In this document: piece by piece, positions 47,177 to 60,980 of the stretch
How positions within the stretch are numbered: position 1 is the stretch's first letter
Layout: every line of letters begins with the position of its first letter
Made by a program: the position numbers and the translations under genes
Origin: the human T2T-CHM13v2.0 reference genome, Homo sapiens
Direction: 5' to 3' (one strand)
Assembly (NCBI RefSeq): GCF_009914755.1
Contig: NC_060940.1
Length of the DNA stretch: 64,000 bases
Notes under the pieces: model-generated
What the model was told of the DNA's origin: nothing
The model's database searches: none
Seen by the model: the letters and a program-made list of their open reading frames with translations, nothing else

Positions 47177-48749
47177 TTATGCTGAATGGTATGTGAGAGT
47201 AGAAAAAAAAACACTGTTTTTTCCCTGTCTCTAATAATGAGCTTAACATCAGAATAGAAATAATAGAAGAAAAAAATCAAAGAACTGGAAGCCAGAATTT
47301 ACTCAACCTGAACAAAAGAAAGAAACTAGAATGGGAAAAAAAAGAAAAAAAAGAACAGAGCCTCAGGGACCTGTGAAACTATCATAAAAGATCTAACATG
47401 GGGGCTAAAAATTTACTCCAAGAAATAATAGCTGAAAAGTTCTCAAATTTGTCAAGAGACATAACTATAGAATTCAGCAATACAGAAAAAGAAATATACA
47501 ACAGGACCAAGCAAGGTTTATTCCAGGGAGGCAAGGCTGGTTCAATATTAGAAGATCAGTGTAATCTATCTTATTAACAGGCTAAAGAAGAAAAACACCA
47601 CATGCTTATAGTAACTGATGCAGAAAAAACACTTGCCAAAATTCAACACCTATTCATGATAAAAACACTCAGAAAAAAATAGAAATAGAGGAGAATTTCC
47701 TCAACTTGATAAAGGGCATCTACACAAAACCTACTACTAATATTGTACCTAACCATGAAAGACTGAATGTTTTCCCTCTAAGATCAAAAGCAAGGCAAGG
47801 ATGTCTGCTCTCATCACTCTTATTCAACGTAGAGCTAGACACTCTAGCCTGCGCAATAAGGCAAGAAAAGGAAATAAAACGCATATAGATCTGAAAGAAA
47901 GAAGTAAGATCTGTTTACTTATTTACAGGTAATGTGATTACACAGAAAATCCCAAGGAATCAACAACAAAAGACTCCTAGAACTCAAAAGTGACCAACAA
48001 ATTCCTCTTTAAGTAAAGTTGGGTCTCTCACATGTAATTGAAAGAGTCCTTTATTTATTCACATATCCATCAACTATTTATTGAATGCCTAAAATTTGCC
48101 AGTAGCTATTCCAGGCAATAGATACACCATCAAACAAAAAGAGTTCTTACCCTCAAGGGTGATAGTAAGAGATGTAAAAAGTTAAAAAATGGTAAAAGAG
48201 AAAAAATGAAGAGTGCTACTTTAGAAAATGAGGTAAGGGAAGAGTTATTTAATAAGACACCTCAGAAAATGAGGAATTTGGCCAGGGGGATATCTGAGGA
48301 AAGAGTTCCAGTCAGTGGAAACTGTGAATTCAGAAAGCCTGAGGCTGAAACAGGCAAGTGTGTTTGAGAAAAAGCAAGGAGGCCGGTGGCTGTGCAGAGT
48401 GAGGCAGAGGAAGGAGAATGGGCTGTGGATCAGAGGACCCTGTGCCAGATCATACAACTCCTTGCAGTTCATGTAAGGACTCGGATTTTACCTGGAGTGG
48501 AAAAAGAAGCACTGAAAGATTTGAGCAGGGGAGTAACCTGATAGCGTTTATGTTTAGTCCTGCCACTTCGACAGATAAACGCACCAATGGGCTTGATGAG
48601 ATTTAGGCCAACCCATAACCGCCCCTCAACTTCTTTCCTTTCAATTTCAAAACTCCTCTATGGCTTCCTCCATCTGTTCTTCCTTCTGAGAAGTGCTCTC
48701 TCTGCCCCTTTACAGAACTAACCACTTCGGCAACTCCTTGGACACTTTC

Positions 48750-48900
48750 CTTCTTGTTAATAATTTGCTTTCTCCGCCCCTCAAAAGCTTGCTGTTTCTG
48801 TAAATCATTACCTGTAAGAGGAACCGCTGGGAGTCCTGTAAACTTTAGCCCAGAGCTTGGCTCCTCCTCCAGAATGTCTCCACCAATCAAGGAAAGTGTT
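48750..48900 (+). promoter_or_regulatory. ACSM3: ACSM3 proximal promoter with two HNF1-like sites
   Basis: GTTAATAATTTGC (48756-48768) and GTAAATCATTACC (48800-48812), each 11/13 to GTTAATNATTAAC; GC box ccgcccc 48774-48780. Confidence 0.6.
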
Positions 48901-48907
48901 TTGGGCC

Positions 48908-49056
48908 AGTCTTGCTCCTCCGGATTGTCAGACTGCTCCTCCCTCTTCTTTAGACTGCCACGAGGAAAAAGCAGATGTGAGAACTCAAGGTTCAGGGCTG
49001 CTCTTCTAAGAAACAAGTCTGCCATAATCTCCATCTGTGTTGGAATCTGTTAACTA
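48908..49056 (+). other. ACSM3: ACSM3 non-coding exon 1 (5' end approximate)
   Basis: Unique sequence ending at a strong donor |gtgagt; matches my recollection of the ACSM3 mRNA leader. Confidence 0.65.
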
Positions 49057-49367
49057 GTGAGTACCTCATCTCCCCTCCTGTGTAAGATTTCCTGAACTGG
49101 CACATCTGTTTTTTGAGCAAAGATAACAAACAGATGAACAAAACCAACAATCAAAAATGCTGTCATTAAAGTCTTGGGCAGCCAAAGTTTCTCTCAGAAT
49201 TTCTCAGTTGTGTGATACTATCTATTAAGTGATGAGGAGTATGCACACACAAAAGGCTATAAATGTAGCAGCTGAGTTTTCATGTTGAGCCTTTTGGTGC
49301 TATTTGATTTTTTGAAAAACTATGTACATGTATTAAGTTGATAAATTTTTTTTTTAATTTTAATTGA

Positions 49368-49766
<399 letters not shown>

Positions 49767-51302
49767 TTACTTCCAGGAAACTTTGGGAAACACAGATGCA
49801 AACCTAAGAGCAGCCAGTTTTCTCCTTTAGGTGGTCAAGGGCAGCTGCAAAAGTTCTGTATAGGAGGGGCTTCAGGCAGGGTCTGGTTGGGTTTGGAGAC
49901 AACAGCAGTGAATTTACCTTGCGTTGAGGCTGTATATGTTAAACTACTGTTATTACTTGGATACTTAGAGGGAGGGATGTTTAGGGAGCTGTGGGGAGGC
50001 TAAAGCCCCCTTGGCTGTAGGGACAAAGAGCTTGCATTTCAGATGAGACCTTAAATACTTTCAGAAGCCTATCTGACCAGGGGTGGTACTGTCTTTCTTA
50101 GAAGAGTTTTCCTTACCAATGTTTCTGTGGCTCAGTATAAAAATCTGGAGTCACCCTGGGAAAGTTATCTCAGCAATTTTACCTACAAATAATTTTATAA
50201 ACCTGGGAAATAGAAGTTGTAAAATGCTAAGATCGATGAAAAGGGAGGAAAAGAACTTTGTTGAGGAGAAGGTAATCTTATGGTTTTGATGAAGAGGATG
50301 TCGATATTTGCTTTTTGGTAGAACAGAATGGTTAGGTTCATTTTAAGCTCCAAATGACTGATCAATTTTCTTTTCAACATACGTTTGAAGGATTCTGAAT
50401 GTGGTGTAGAGTATTGTATGGGAGCTAGGGAACAAATCATACTAAACTCTGATTCTATTCAGAATCAGCAAGCTAAGTATGATATATTTATCTCCAATCA
50501 TATTAATATTTACATAATTATTTAATGTCTTCCTTAATAGTCTATAAGCTTCATGGGAGCAAGACCAGCCGTGTCTTGTTCACAGCTATATTTTCAGCAT
50601 TTAGTACAGGTCTGGCATATACCAAGTGTTCAATAAATACACGGGTAATGAATAAATGCGTTGTCCAATTTAAATATGTGTGTCTGTTTGTGTATACTTC
50701 CTTGTCTGTAAAATGAAAATACTAATAAATAACTGCAAAATGCTTAACAGTACAACCACTTGCCAGATCTCAGCAAAAATGTTACGTCCCTAGAGAGACC
50801 TCCTAAAAGGTCCCTTTTCTCCCATTACTCTCTTTGTTTTCTTGCGTAACATCACATTTATTTATTCCCTTGTTTACTATATGTGTCTTTCTATGAGAGC
50901 AAGGAGGACCTTGTCTCTTGCATTCCCTCCTGTATCCTCTATGTCTGAAATAATTCATGGCAAGTGATTAATAATTGTTGAATAAATAAATGAATCATGC
51001 CAACCTACCAAGAATGAAGCTCAAGACCTTAAGATATTTGTCCAAATTCCTGCCTTTTATTTAATAGAATCAGAAATTGTTTCTAATACTTCACAACCAC
51101 TTAAAAATACTATTCATTTTTACATCCAAGTAATGAAAGAATCAGGACGTTCCTTTTGGAAGACATAGTTTCAACATTTTATCTAAATTGCAAAATTATA
51201 CAAAAACTCAAGTGACCATTGATAGGGGACCGGTTTAAGAAATGACAGTGCAGTTCTTCACTAGAATGTCATACAACTGTTAAAAGAAAAAAATCAGAAC
51301 AG

Positions 51303-51675
51303 GGCTGAGTGTGGTGGCTCCCACCTGTAATCCTAGTGCTTTGGGAGGCCGTGTGCGTGTTTGTGTATATTTCCTTGTCTGTAAAATGGAAATAATAATA
51401 AATAACTGCAAAGTGCTTAGCACAGGAGGATTGCTTGAGGTCAGGAGTTTGAGACCAGCCTGGGCAACATAGTGAGACCCCCATCTCTAAAAAATTTTTT
51501 AAAACACTTAGCTGGGTGTGGTGGCACACACCTGTAATTCCAGGTACTCTGGAGGCTGAGGCAGGAGGATCGCTTCATCCCAGAAGTTCAAGCTGCAGTG
51601 AGGGGTGGTCGTGCCACTACACTCCAGTCTGGGTGACAGAGTGAGATCCATCCTGTCTTTAGGCAGGGAAAAAAA
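51303..51675 (+). mobile_element. AluJ interrupted by a 72-bp non-Alu insert
   Basis: Alu breaks at ggaggcc| (51350) and resumes at |caggagga (51423). Confidence 0.9.
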
Positions 51676-52166
51676 GGAAAGAATAAATGAATAAATACTT
51701 CATTTAAAAAAATAGAATGAAGATCTCTGCGCACTGGTATGGAAAGCCCTTAAAAGGTACATTGTTAAAAATGTTTTTAGTGGGCAGAATAGTGTGTATT
51801 CTGTGCTACCTGTTGTGTAAAATTGGTGGAGAAATAAGAATCTATACTCATAATTTGCTTGAATGCACATAAAGAAACCCTGAAAAGATAAGTAGAAATA
51901 ATAATAGTGGTTTCCTGGGAGTGAGAGCAAAGTGGGCAGCTTTGAGACTAGAGGTGGGAGGCAGATATTTTTTTTTCCCTCTGTACCTTTTACAGTTTTT
52001 TTGAGCCATTTGAAGATATTATGCGAAAAAAAATTAAAAACAGAGAGAGACAAGTAGTGTTGATTACTTAACTTCTTTCAGTTGAAGGAAACCTGATGCT
52101 AATTCTGTTAAGAGGAGAGCAGCCAAAAGCATAGGTTGTGACTTGCCAGCAAAAAACAGGGACCGG

Positions 52167-52569
<403 letters not shown>

Positions 52570-52697
52570 TCAGAGTGATTTTAGTTCTGTTCTTAAGAGC
52601 AGCCTTTTCTCCTAAAGCCTGCCAAGAAATTTTTGTTAATTCTTCCCAGGAACATAACAGACAAGGCCCCTGCTCTGGTAGAACTTACATCACAGTG

Positions 52698-53035
52698 CAA
52701 AGATCAGCAAACTGTAGCCCATGGGTCAAATCCAGCCCTCTGCCTGTTTTTGTATAGCCTTTGAACCAAGAATGGTTTTTAAATTTTTTAATGGTTGAAA
52801 AAATAACTAAAAGAGGAACACTAATTCATGACACATGAAAATTAAATGAAATTCTAGTGTCAGTACCATAAATAAGGTTTTATTAGAACACAGCCATGCC
52901 AAAATTTATTTATGTATTGTCAATGGCTGCTCTCTCAATGGCAGAGTTAAATACCTGCAGCAGAGACCATATGGCCCACAAAGCCTCAAATATTTAGTGT
53001 CTGGCCCTTCACAGAAAAAGTTTGCTGACCCCTAT
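52698..53035. mobile_element. MER58B-like hAT element
   Basis: cagcaaact.tagccc..gggtcaaatccagcc start and aaaagtttgctgacccct end. Confidence 0.75.
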
Positions 53036-53279
53036 TCTAGTAGAGAGTAATATGCTTGGCACCATGATAAGCATTTTGCATACAGTATCCCATTCAGTCT
53101 TCAGGACAAATCTCTGATGGAGGTTCTATTAGTCGCTCCATTGGTAAAATGTGAAACTGAGGTTCAGAGTGATTAATAATTCAAATAAGGTCATGCAGTT
53201 CATAAGAGGCAAAACTGGGAGACCATATCACATGACCATATGACTCAGTAGCCAGTGTATTTAACCATCATGCCATAGA

Positions 53280-53628
53280 CTGGTGCTTTTCACACTTGAA
53301 TGTACATACCAGTCACCTGGGATCTTGTTAAAATGTCAACATCTACCAATTCAGTAGATCTAGAGTGGGGCCTGAGAATGTGCATTTCTAACAAGCTTCT
53401 AGGTGATAAAGATGATGATGGTGGTTCACAAATCACAGCCTCTAAATCAGTGATTCTCAACCATGGCTGCTGCACATTAAAATCTGAGGACATTTTAAAA
53501 AATATAAATGGGCCCAGAGCCCACTCTGAAATATTCTGATTTAATTGATCCAAGACCTAGGCATCAGAGTATTTTTTTTTAATGCTTTCTTGGTGATTCA
53601 AATGTACAGCTGGACTGCAAACCACTGC
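53280..53628. mobile_element. Two MER5-type elements
   Basis: gggcctgagaat.tgcatttctaacaagct and cagtgattctcaacc motifs. Confidence 0.65.
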
Positions 53629-54965
53629 TCTATTGAAATCCTGTCGAATGACAGTAAAAACATTTAATCCAAAGACCAGAGTTCTAGTTCTAACTCTGGT
53701 ATGACAGAATGAAGCAGGCTGTTTCCCCTCTCTGGGTCTCCAGTTTTCTTTGCAGGTGAAAAAGGAAAAAGCTGAAACCAGATGGTGTCAGAGGGCTCAA
53801 GATCACTGACTTGTCAGGTCTTCACACACATAAATGGGAAGGACAGAAGTACCCAGGTTTCCTGATGCATCGGTTATATCAACATGATGCCCAAACACCA
53901 GGTCTGCTTAGGGTAAAACTGCAATAACTGTAGATGTCAGCTAAACTGTCCATTTAGCTGACATCTGCAATTATGTATTGTTTTGGCAATGTATCAATAC
54001 AGAAATGCTTCCACATAGCCAGACTGCCTTACATGGCACACAGCTAGAATTGTAGTTAGAATGATGATTTAATGATTATGAGAGTAATATATATTGCATT
54101 GTAGGAAATTTGGAAAATTACAGGAAGTATAATGAGGAGAATCTCAAACACTCATAATCCCTAGAACTGTATTTTTAACAGCCTCAACCAAGTAAATGAC
54201 ATTGTGATCAAATGATTTCCCACAGAAGCAGGCGATGGCCCAGAGGGGCCTCCCCGACAAAAGTCCTAAATGTTAAAGCCCCATTATTACATCTCTATTA
54301 AATGCAGCTCCAAGCCTGGACTTAAAAGTAGTATGGGCCCCTATTGAGAGCATGGGAACTGCAACCTATCAACTAGACAGTTCATAAACTGTGACAGTGC
54401 TTTCATGTCTAATTGTTATTGGGCTACTCTCGATTTCTTCATCTACAGATTATCCACTGTGAAAAATGCTCCTTAACATTTCTACCCTACTTTGAAATCT
54501 GCAGGTGAAAGATATTAGACAAGAAGCCTTAGCCCTTTGCTTTCAGTGAGATTAAGTGGGTGACCCAGATCTTTACTTCTTTAGAAATGCATATGGGTGT
54601 CAATAGTGCACAGTATTCTGGAGAATGGGCTAGGACCTGATAGTTCTGGGTTCAAATCCAGCCAATGCCTCTTACTAGTCATTTTCTCAATCTGTAAACA
54701 GAGATGATAATAGTACCCACTTCACAGGGTTTCTCTGAGGATTTAATAAGAAAGTGTCTATAAAACACTGAGCACTGTGTTTGGAACACAGAGTGTACGC
54801 AGCAAATGGTACTATCATGATGATTATCAATACTAATAACAAAACTTAGCCACTTTGGGGTATGGCTACCTTCAGGACAGAAACAAATATATGTCCTTTT
54901 TGCTTGTCTTTTAGATGAACTGGTCTCTGTGCAAATCCTGAGTGCTAAAGCTTCCAACAAGACTG

Positions 54966-55184
54966 ATGCTAGCTCGTGTCACCAGGAAGATGCTACGTCA
55001 TGCCAAGTGTTTTCAGCGCCTAGCAATTTTTGGTTCTGTGAGGGCACTGCATAAAGATAATAGAACAGCAACCCCTCAGAATTTCTCCAACTATGAATCC
55101 ATGAAACAGGACTTCAAACTGGGGATTCCAGAGTATTTCAACTTTGCTAAAGATGTCCTGGACCAATGGACTGATAAGGAAAAG
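54966..55184 (+). CDS. ACSM3: ACSM3 exon 2 coding part (exon starts at 54915); mitochondrial presequence
   Basis: MLARVTRKMLRHAKCFQRLAIFGSVRALHKDNRTATPQNFSNYESMKQDFKLGIPEYFNFAKDVLDQWTDKEK; tttag/gtatgg boundaries. Confidence 0.96.
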
Positions 55185-55209
55185 GTATGGGGGGAGGGCC
55201 AGTCAGACC

Positions 55210-55428
55210 ACAATTTCTCAACTGGGAGTGATTTTACCCCTAGGTAACATCTCTAATGTCTAGAAATATTTTTGTTGCCATGATAGGGGCAGAGGCAGTT
55301 GCTACTGGCATCTAACAGGTAAAAGCCAGGGATTCTGCTAAATATCCCATAATGCACAGGGCAGCCTCCAGAACAAAGAATTATTTGACCCGAAATGTCA
55401 ATAGTTCCATGGTTAGTTGAGAGACCCT
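55210..55428 (+). mobile_element. MER20
   Basis: ttctcaactggg.gtgatttt.ccc...ttgagagaccctg. Confidence 0.8.
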
Positions 55429-55989
55429 GTATTACATAAATGTAGAATTCTAGGTTGACTTAAAAAAAAAAAAGGAGAAGAGTGAAAAGTAATTCCAAGA
55501 GTCAGAAATGGTAGAAAAGGAGGCACAGATAAATCTTTGGGGAAAATGTAAAGGATGCAAGAATTCTCACTTATTGGAAAGAAAAATGATCAGGCTAAAT
55601 GGGAAATGATTTGGGCCAAAAGAAATGACATGGCTTCCAACGTCTAGAAATAAGGACCCCAAAGTTATTATTTTTCCTGTTATGTTTAGTTATGTAATAA
55701 CTATACATAGTTATGGGGTACAAAGATATTTTTGATACATGTATAAAATGTGTAGTGATCAAATGAGGGTAATTAGGCTACCCATCATCCCAAACATGCA
55801 TCATTTCTTTGTGCTGGGAGCATTCAAAATCCTCTCTCCTAGCTTTTTGAACATACTCAATATATTATTCTTAACTGTTTTCACTCTACAGTGCTATAGA
55901 ACACTAGAACTTATTCCATCCATCTAGCTATAATTTTGCATCCATTAACCAACCTCTTTCTATGCTCCTCTCCCCACTACCGTTCCTAG

Positions 55990-56433
<444 letters not shown>

Positions 56434-57254
56434 TGACTTATTTCACTTAACATAATGTCCTCCAAGTTCATACATGTTGCCACAAATAACAGAATTTCAT
56501 TCTTTTTTATGGCTGAATAGTATTGCACTGTGTATATATACCACATTTTCTTTATCCATTCATCTCTTGATAGACATTTAGGTTGATTCCATATCTTGGC
56601 TATTATGTACAGTGCTGCAATAAACATGGCAGTGCAGATATCTCTTCAATAGACTGATTTCCTTTCCTTTGAAAAAATACCCAGTGGTGAGACTGCTAAA
56701 TCATATGGTAGTTTTATTTTTAGTTTTTTGAGAGGCCCTTATATTGTTTTCTGCAATGGCTGTACTAATTTATATTCTCACCAATAGTGTTTCAGAGTTC
56801 CCTTTTCTCCACATCCTCTCAAGCATTTGTTATCTTTTGTCTTTTTGACAATAGCCATTCTAACTGGGGTAAGATCATATCTCATCATGGTTTTGATTTG
56901 AATTATCCTGATGATTAATGATGTTGAGCATTTTTTCATATACTTGCTGCCAATTAGTATGTCTTTTGAGAAATGTCTATTCAGATTCTATGTCCATTTT
57001 TTAATTGAATTATTTGTTTTGTTTTGTTTTGTTTTGCTGTTGGGTTATTTGCATTCCCTGTATATTCTGGATATTAATTCCTTGTCAGGTGAATAGTTCA
57101 CAAATATTTTCTCCCATTCTACATCTTGTCTCTTCTCTCTGTTGATTGCTTCCTTTACTGTCCAGAAGCTTTTTAGCTTTGTATAGTCCCATTTGTCTGT
57201 TTTTGGTTTTGTTGCCTGTGTTTTCATATCCTTATCCCTAAAATATTTGCCTAG

Positions 57255-57353
57255 GGGAGTCTCAGAGCCTACTCTGGCTCAGGATCTGCCCAATTTTATT
57301 AAATTTATTATAAAATTTAAAAAATTTTAAAAATTAAAATTAAAATAAAAAAT
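57255..57353 (+). mobile_element. Tiny TPRT retrocopy: about 40 nt of ERV1-LTR-like sequence plus a degenerate A tail
   Basis: TSD aaaatatttgcctag/aaaacatttgccttg (57240-57254/57354-57368) interrupting L1 ORF2. Confidence 0.7.
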
Positions 57354-57725
57354 AAAACATTTGCCTTGATCAATGACTTGAAGCATTTACACTATATTTT
57401 CTTCGGTTGTTTTATAGTTTTGAGTCTTACATTTAAGTCTATAATCCAGTTCGAGTTGATTTTTGTATATGGTGAGAGAGAGGGCTCTAGTCTTAGTCTA
57501 CCACATATGATTACCACTTTTCCTCGGACCATGTACTGAAGAGGATATCCTTTCCTCAGTGTATGTTCTTGGCACCTTTGTTGAAAATCTGTTGAATGTA
57601 AATGTGTGGGTTTAGTTCTGGGTTATCTATTCTGTTTCATTGGTCTATGCATCTGTTTTTATGCCAATACCATGCTGTTTTGGTTACTATAGCTCTGTAG
57701 TATGATTTGAAGTTAGGAAGTGTGG

Positions 57726-57914
57726 TGTCTCTACTAAAAATACAAAAATTAGCCGGGCATGGTGGTGCATGCCTGTAATCCCAGCTACTAGGGAGGCTAA
57801 GGGAGGAGAATCACTTTAATCTGGGAGGTGGAGGTTGCAGTGAACTGAGATCACACCATTGCACTCCAGCCTAGGTGACAAGAGTGAGACTCCCTCTCAA
57901 AAAAAAAAAAAAAA
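57726..57914 (+). mobile_element. 5'-truncated Alu at an L1 deletion junction
   Basis: Starts at the mid-Alu linker, no TSD. Confidence 0.88.
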
Positions 57915-59102
57915 GATTTAGTGTTAGTTCTTATGGTAGAATTCAGCAGTAAAACCATCCAATTCTGGGCTTTTTTTATTACTGATTCAATCTCATTACA
58001 TATTATTGGTCTATTCAGGTTTTCTATCTTGGTAGGTTATGTGTGTCCAGGAATTTATCCATTTCCTCTATGTTTTCCAATTTGTTGGCATATAGTTGTT
58101 CATAAGAGTCTTTAATGATCTTTTGTATTTCTGTGGTACAGTTGTAATGTCTCCTTTTTCATTTCTGATTTTATTTATTTGGGTCTTCTCTTTTTTTCTT
58201 AATCTAGCTAAAGATTTGTCTATTTTGTTTTTCCTCAAAAAATTTTGTTTTGTTGATCTTTTATAATTTTGCCTCAATTTCATTTATTTCTGCTCTGATC
58301 TTTATTATTTCTTTCTTTCTACTAATTTTGGATTTAGTTTGTTCTTGCTTTTCTGGTTCCTTGAGGTGCATTCTTAGATTGTTTATTTGAAATCTTTCTG
58401 CTTGTTTGATATAGGTGTTTATGGCTATAAACTTCCCTTCTTAACACTGTGTTTGCTTTATTTCATTGATTTTGATATATTATGCTTCCATTTTCATTAT
58501 TTTCAAGACATTTTTTGCTTTCCTTCTCAATTTCATCATTGACTCACTGGTCATTCAGGAGCATGTTGTTTAATTTCCATGTATTTGTACAGTTTTCCAA
58601 AGTTCCTCTTGTTACTGATTTCTAGTTTTATTCCATTGTGGTCTAAGAACATACCTGGTATGATTTCAATTTTTAAGAATTTGTTGAAATTTGTTTTGTG
58701 CCCTAACATATGGTCTATTCTGGAGAATGTGCCATGTGCTGATGAGAAGAAGAATGTGTATTCTGTAGCTGTTGGATAAAATGTTGTGTAAATATCTGCG
58801 AGGTCCATTTGGTCCAAAGTGCAGTATAAATCCAATGTTTCTTTGTTAATTTTCTGTCTAGATGATCCGTCTAATGCTGAGGGTAGAGTGTTAAAGTCCT
58901 GAACATTGTTGTATTGGAGTCTATCTGTTTACATCTAATGATATTTGCTTTATATATCCAGGTGCACTGATGTTGGGTGCGTATATATTTACAATTGTTA
59001 TATCCTCTTGCTGAATTGATCTATTTATCATTATATAATGACCTTCTTTGCCTCTTTTTATGTTTTCTGACTTAAAGTCTATTTCATGTGATATAAGCAT
59101 AG

Positions 59103-59471
<369 letters not shown>

Positions 59472-60769
59472 CTATCTATGTGTATCTTTACAGGTGAAGT
59501 GAGTTTCTTGTAGGCAGCCTATAGTTGGGTCTTGTTTTTTATCCATTTAGTCAGTCCATACAGTCCATATCTTTTAACTGGGGAATTTAAACTGTTTACA
59601 TTCAAGATTGTTATTGATAGGTGTTATTTTGTTCATCATAAGGGTGCCAGCAGTGGCTCCAGTGGGTCCCAGGCAGGCTGATCCTCAGGCTCCCAGGAAG
59701 TGTGCATGGGCACTGGCAGTAGCAGTGGTAAGCCTCAAGTGAGTCAGACCTCAGGTCCTTTGGCAGTGCACATGGGTACTTGTAGTAGTGGCAGCCTGAA
59801 TGGGCCAGTCCTTGGGTCCGCAGATGGCAATGCAGGCACAAAGCGGCTCTGCCACTAGAGGGGGCAAGATCATGTTCATGGCAGCAGGCTCAGGAAGGCA
59901 GCTCTCAGGCTCTGGGGAGTGTGCTTTAGTGCCTTATGTCCTGGGGCAGCCTCTCTTGATGTGCTGGACTCCCTGTTACCTGGGGTGTAGAGTGCTGTGT
60001 GTAGGCTCGGGTGCCAGTGGCCTGGCTCTATCACTGGATCCACCTGGTGTTGGAATGCTGCAGCCCTCTACGGGAACGTGTGGGGATGTCAGCAAGGCCC
60101 CAGGGATGTGGAGATGCAGGGGCAATTGGCCCCAGGGCAAGATGTAGTATGGTAGTAGCTCTGTTCCTAAAATGATGCCATGCTATAGCAGCTCGGGTCC
60201 TGGGGTTTGTTGCAGGAGGACCTAGTATGAACTTCCTCTCTGGAACAATGTTATACTATACTAGTATACTATACTATACAGCGTTTACTAGGCTCAGGGC
60301 ATGTGAGGGCTGAGGGGCTCTCCTGTAGGTGGGACTTCAGGCATCTGTGATGGGAATGTGTACTGCTGAGGATCTTCCACTTACATTTTCCTCAAAATAG
60401 GGAGTCCCTCTGGGCTCTGTGCTGATCCTGGCCAGCTGCTCTTCTTCCCTCTCTATGCTTTCATCTCTAGTTTTCAGGTCTCAGAGAGTTTTGTCACTTC
60501 CTTGCTAAATTCCAGTGTTCTCCCTTTGACACTCTATTTGTCATGTTATCTGCTTACTGTCTTGGTACTTCTGGTAGGAGGTGAGTACTGGGCATCTCTA
60601 GTCATCCATCTTGATGATGTCTCCCCCAGAGTTATTTCCAAATTCTCCATCCATGTTCTAACTAATGACTTGCGAACTTTCTTCAGCTAATCTATTCCAT
60701 TGAGTCAGTTGGCCCAGAATTTAGCTGTATAACAACCTTTAAATCAATGACTGGTTTTTCTTTCCTCAG

Positions 60770-60980
60770 GCTGGAAAGAAACCTTCAAATCCAGCCTTCT
60801 GGTGGATCAACAGAAATGGAGAAGAGATGCGATGGAGTTTTGAGGAACTGGGATCTCTGTCCAGAAAATTTGCCAATATACTTTCAGAAGCCTGTTCCCT
60901 ACAAAGAGGAGATCGGGTAATTCTGATTCTGCCCAGGGTCCCAGAGTGGTGGCTTGCAAATGTGGCCTGTCTGCGAACAG
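60770..60980 (+). CDS. ACSM3: ACSM3 exon 3
   Basis: AGKKPSNPAFWWINRNGEEMRWSFEELGSLSRKFANILSEACSLQRGDRVILILPRVPEWWLANVACLRT; ctcag/gttagt boundaries, 211 nt. Confidence 0.96.

Noticed and set aside
48603-49053. 143-aa (-) and 99-aa (+) ORFs over the ACSM3 promoter
   Set aside because: No recognisable domain; overlaps promoter and non-coding exon; likely chance
59640-59900. Spaced repeats (cagtggc...ctcagg.tcc) resembling an array
   Set aside because: Degenerate tandem units of an old L1 5' region; no constant repeat/unique spacer structure, eukaryotic context, not CRISPR
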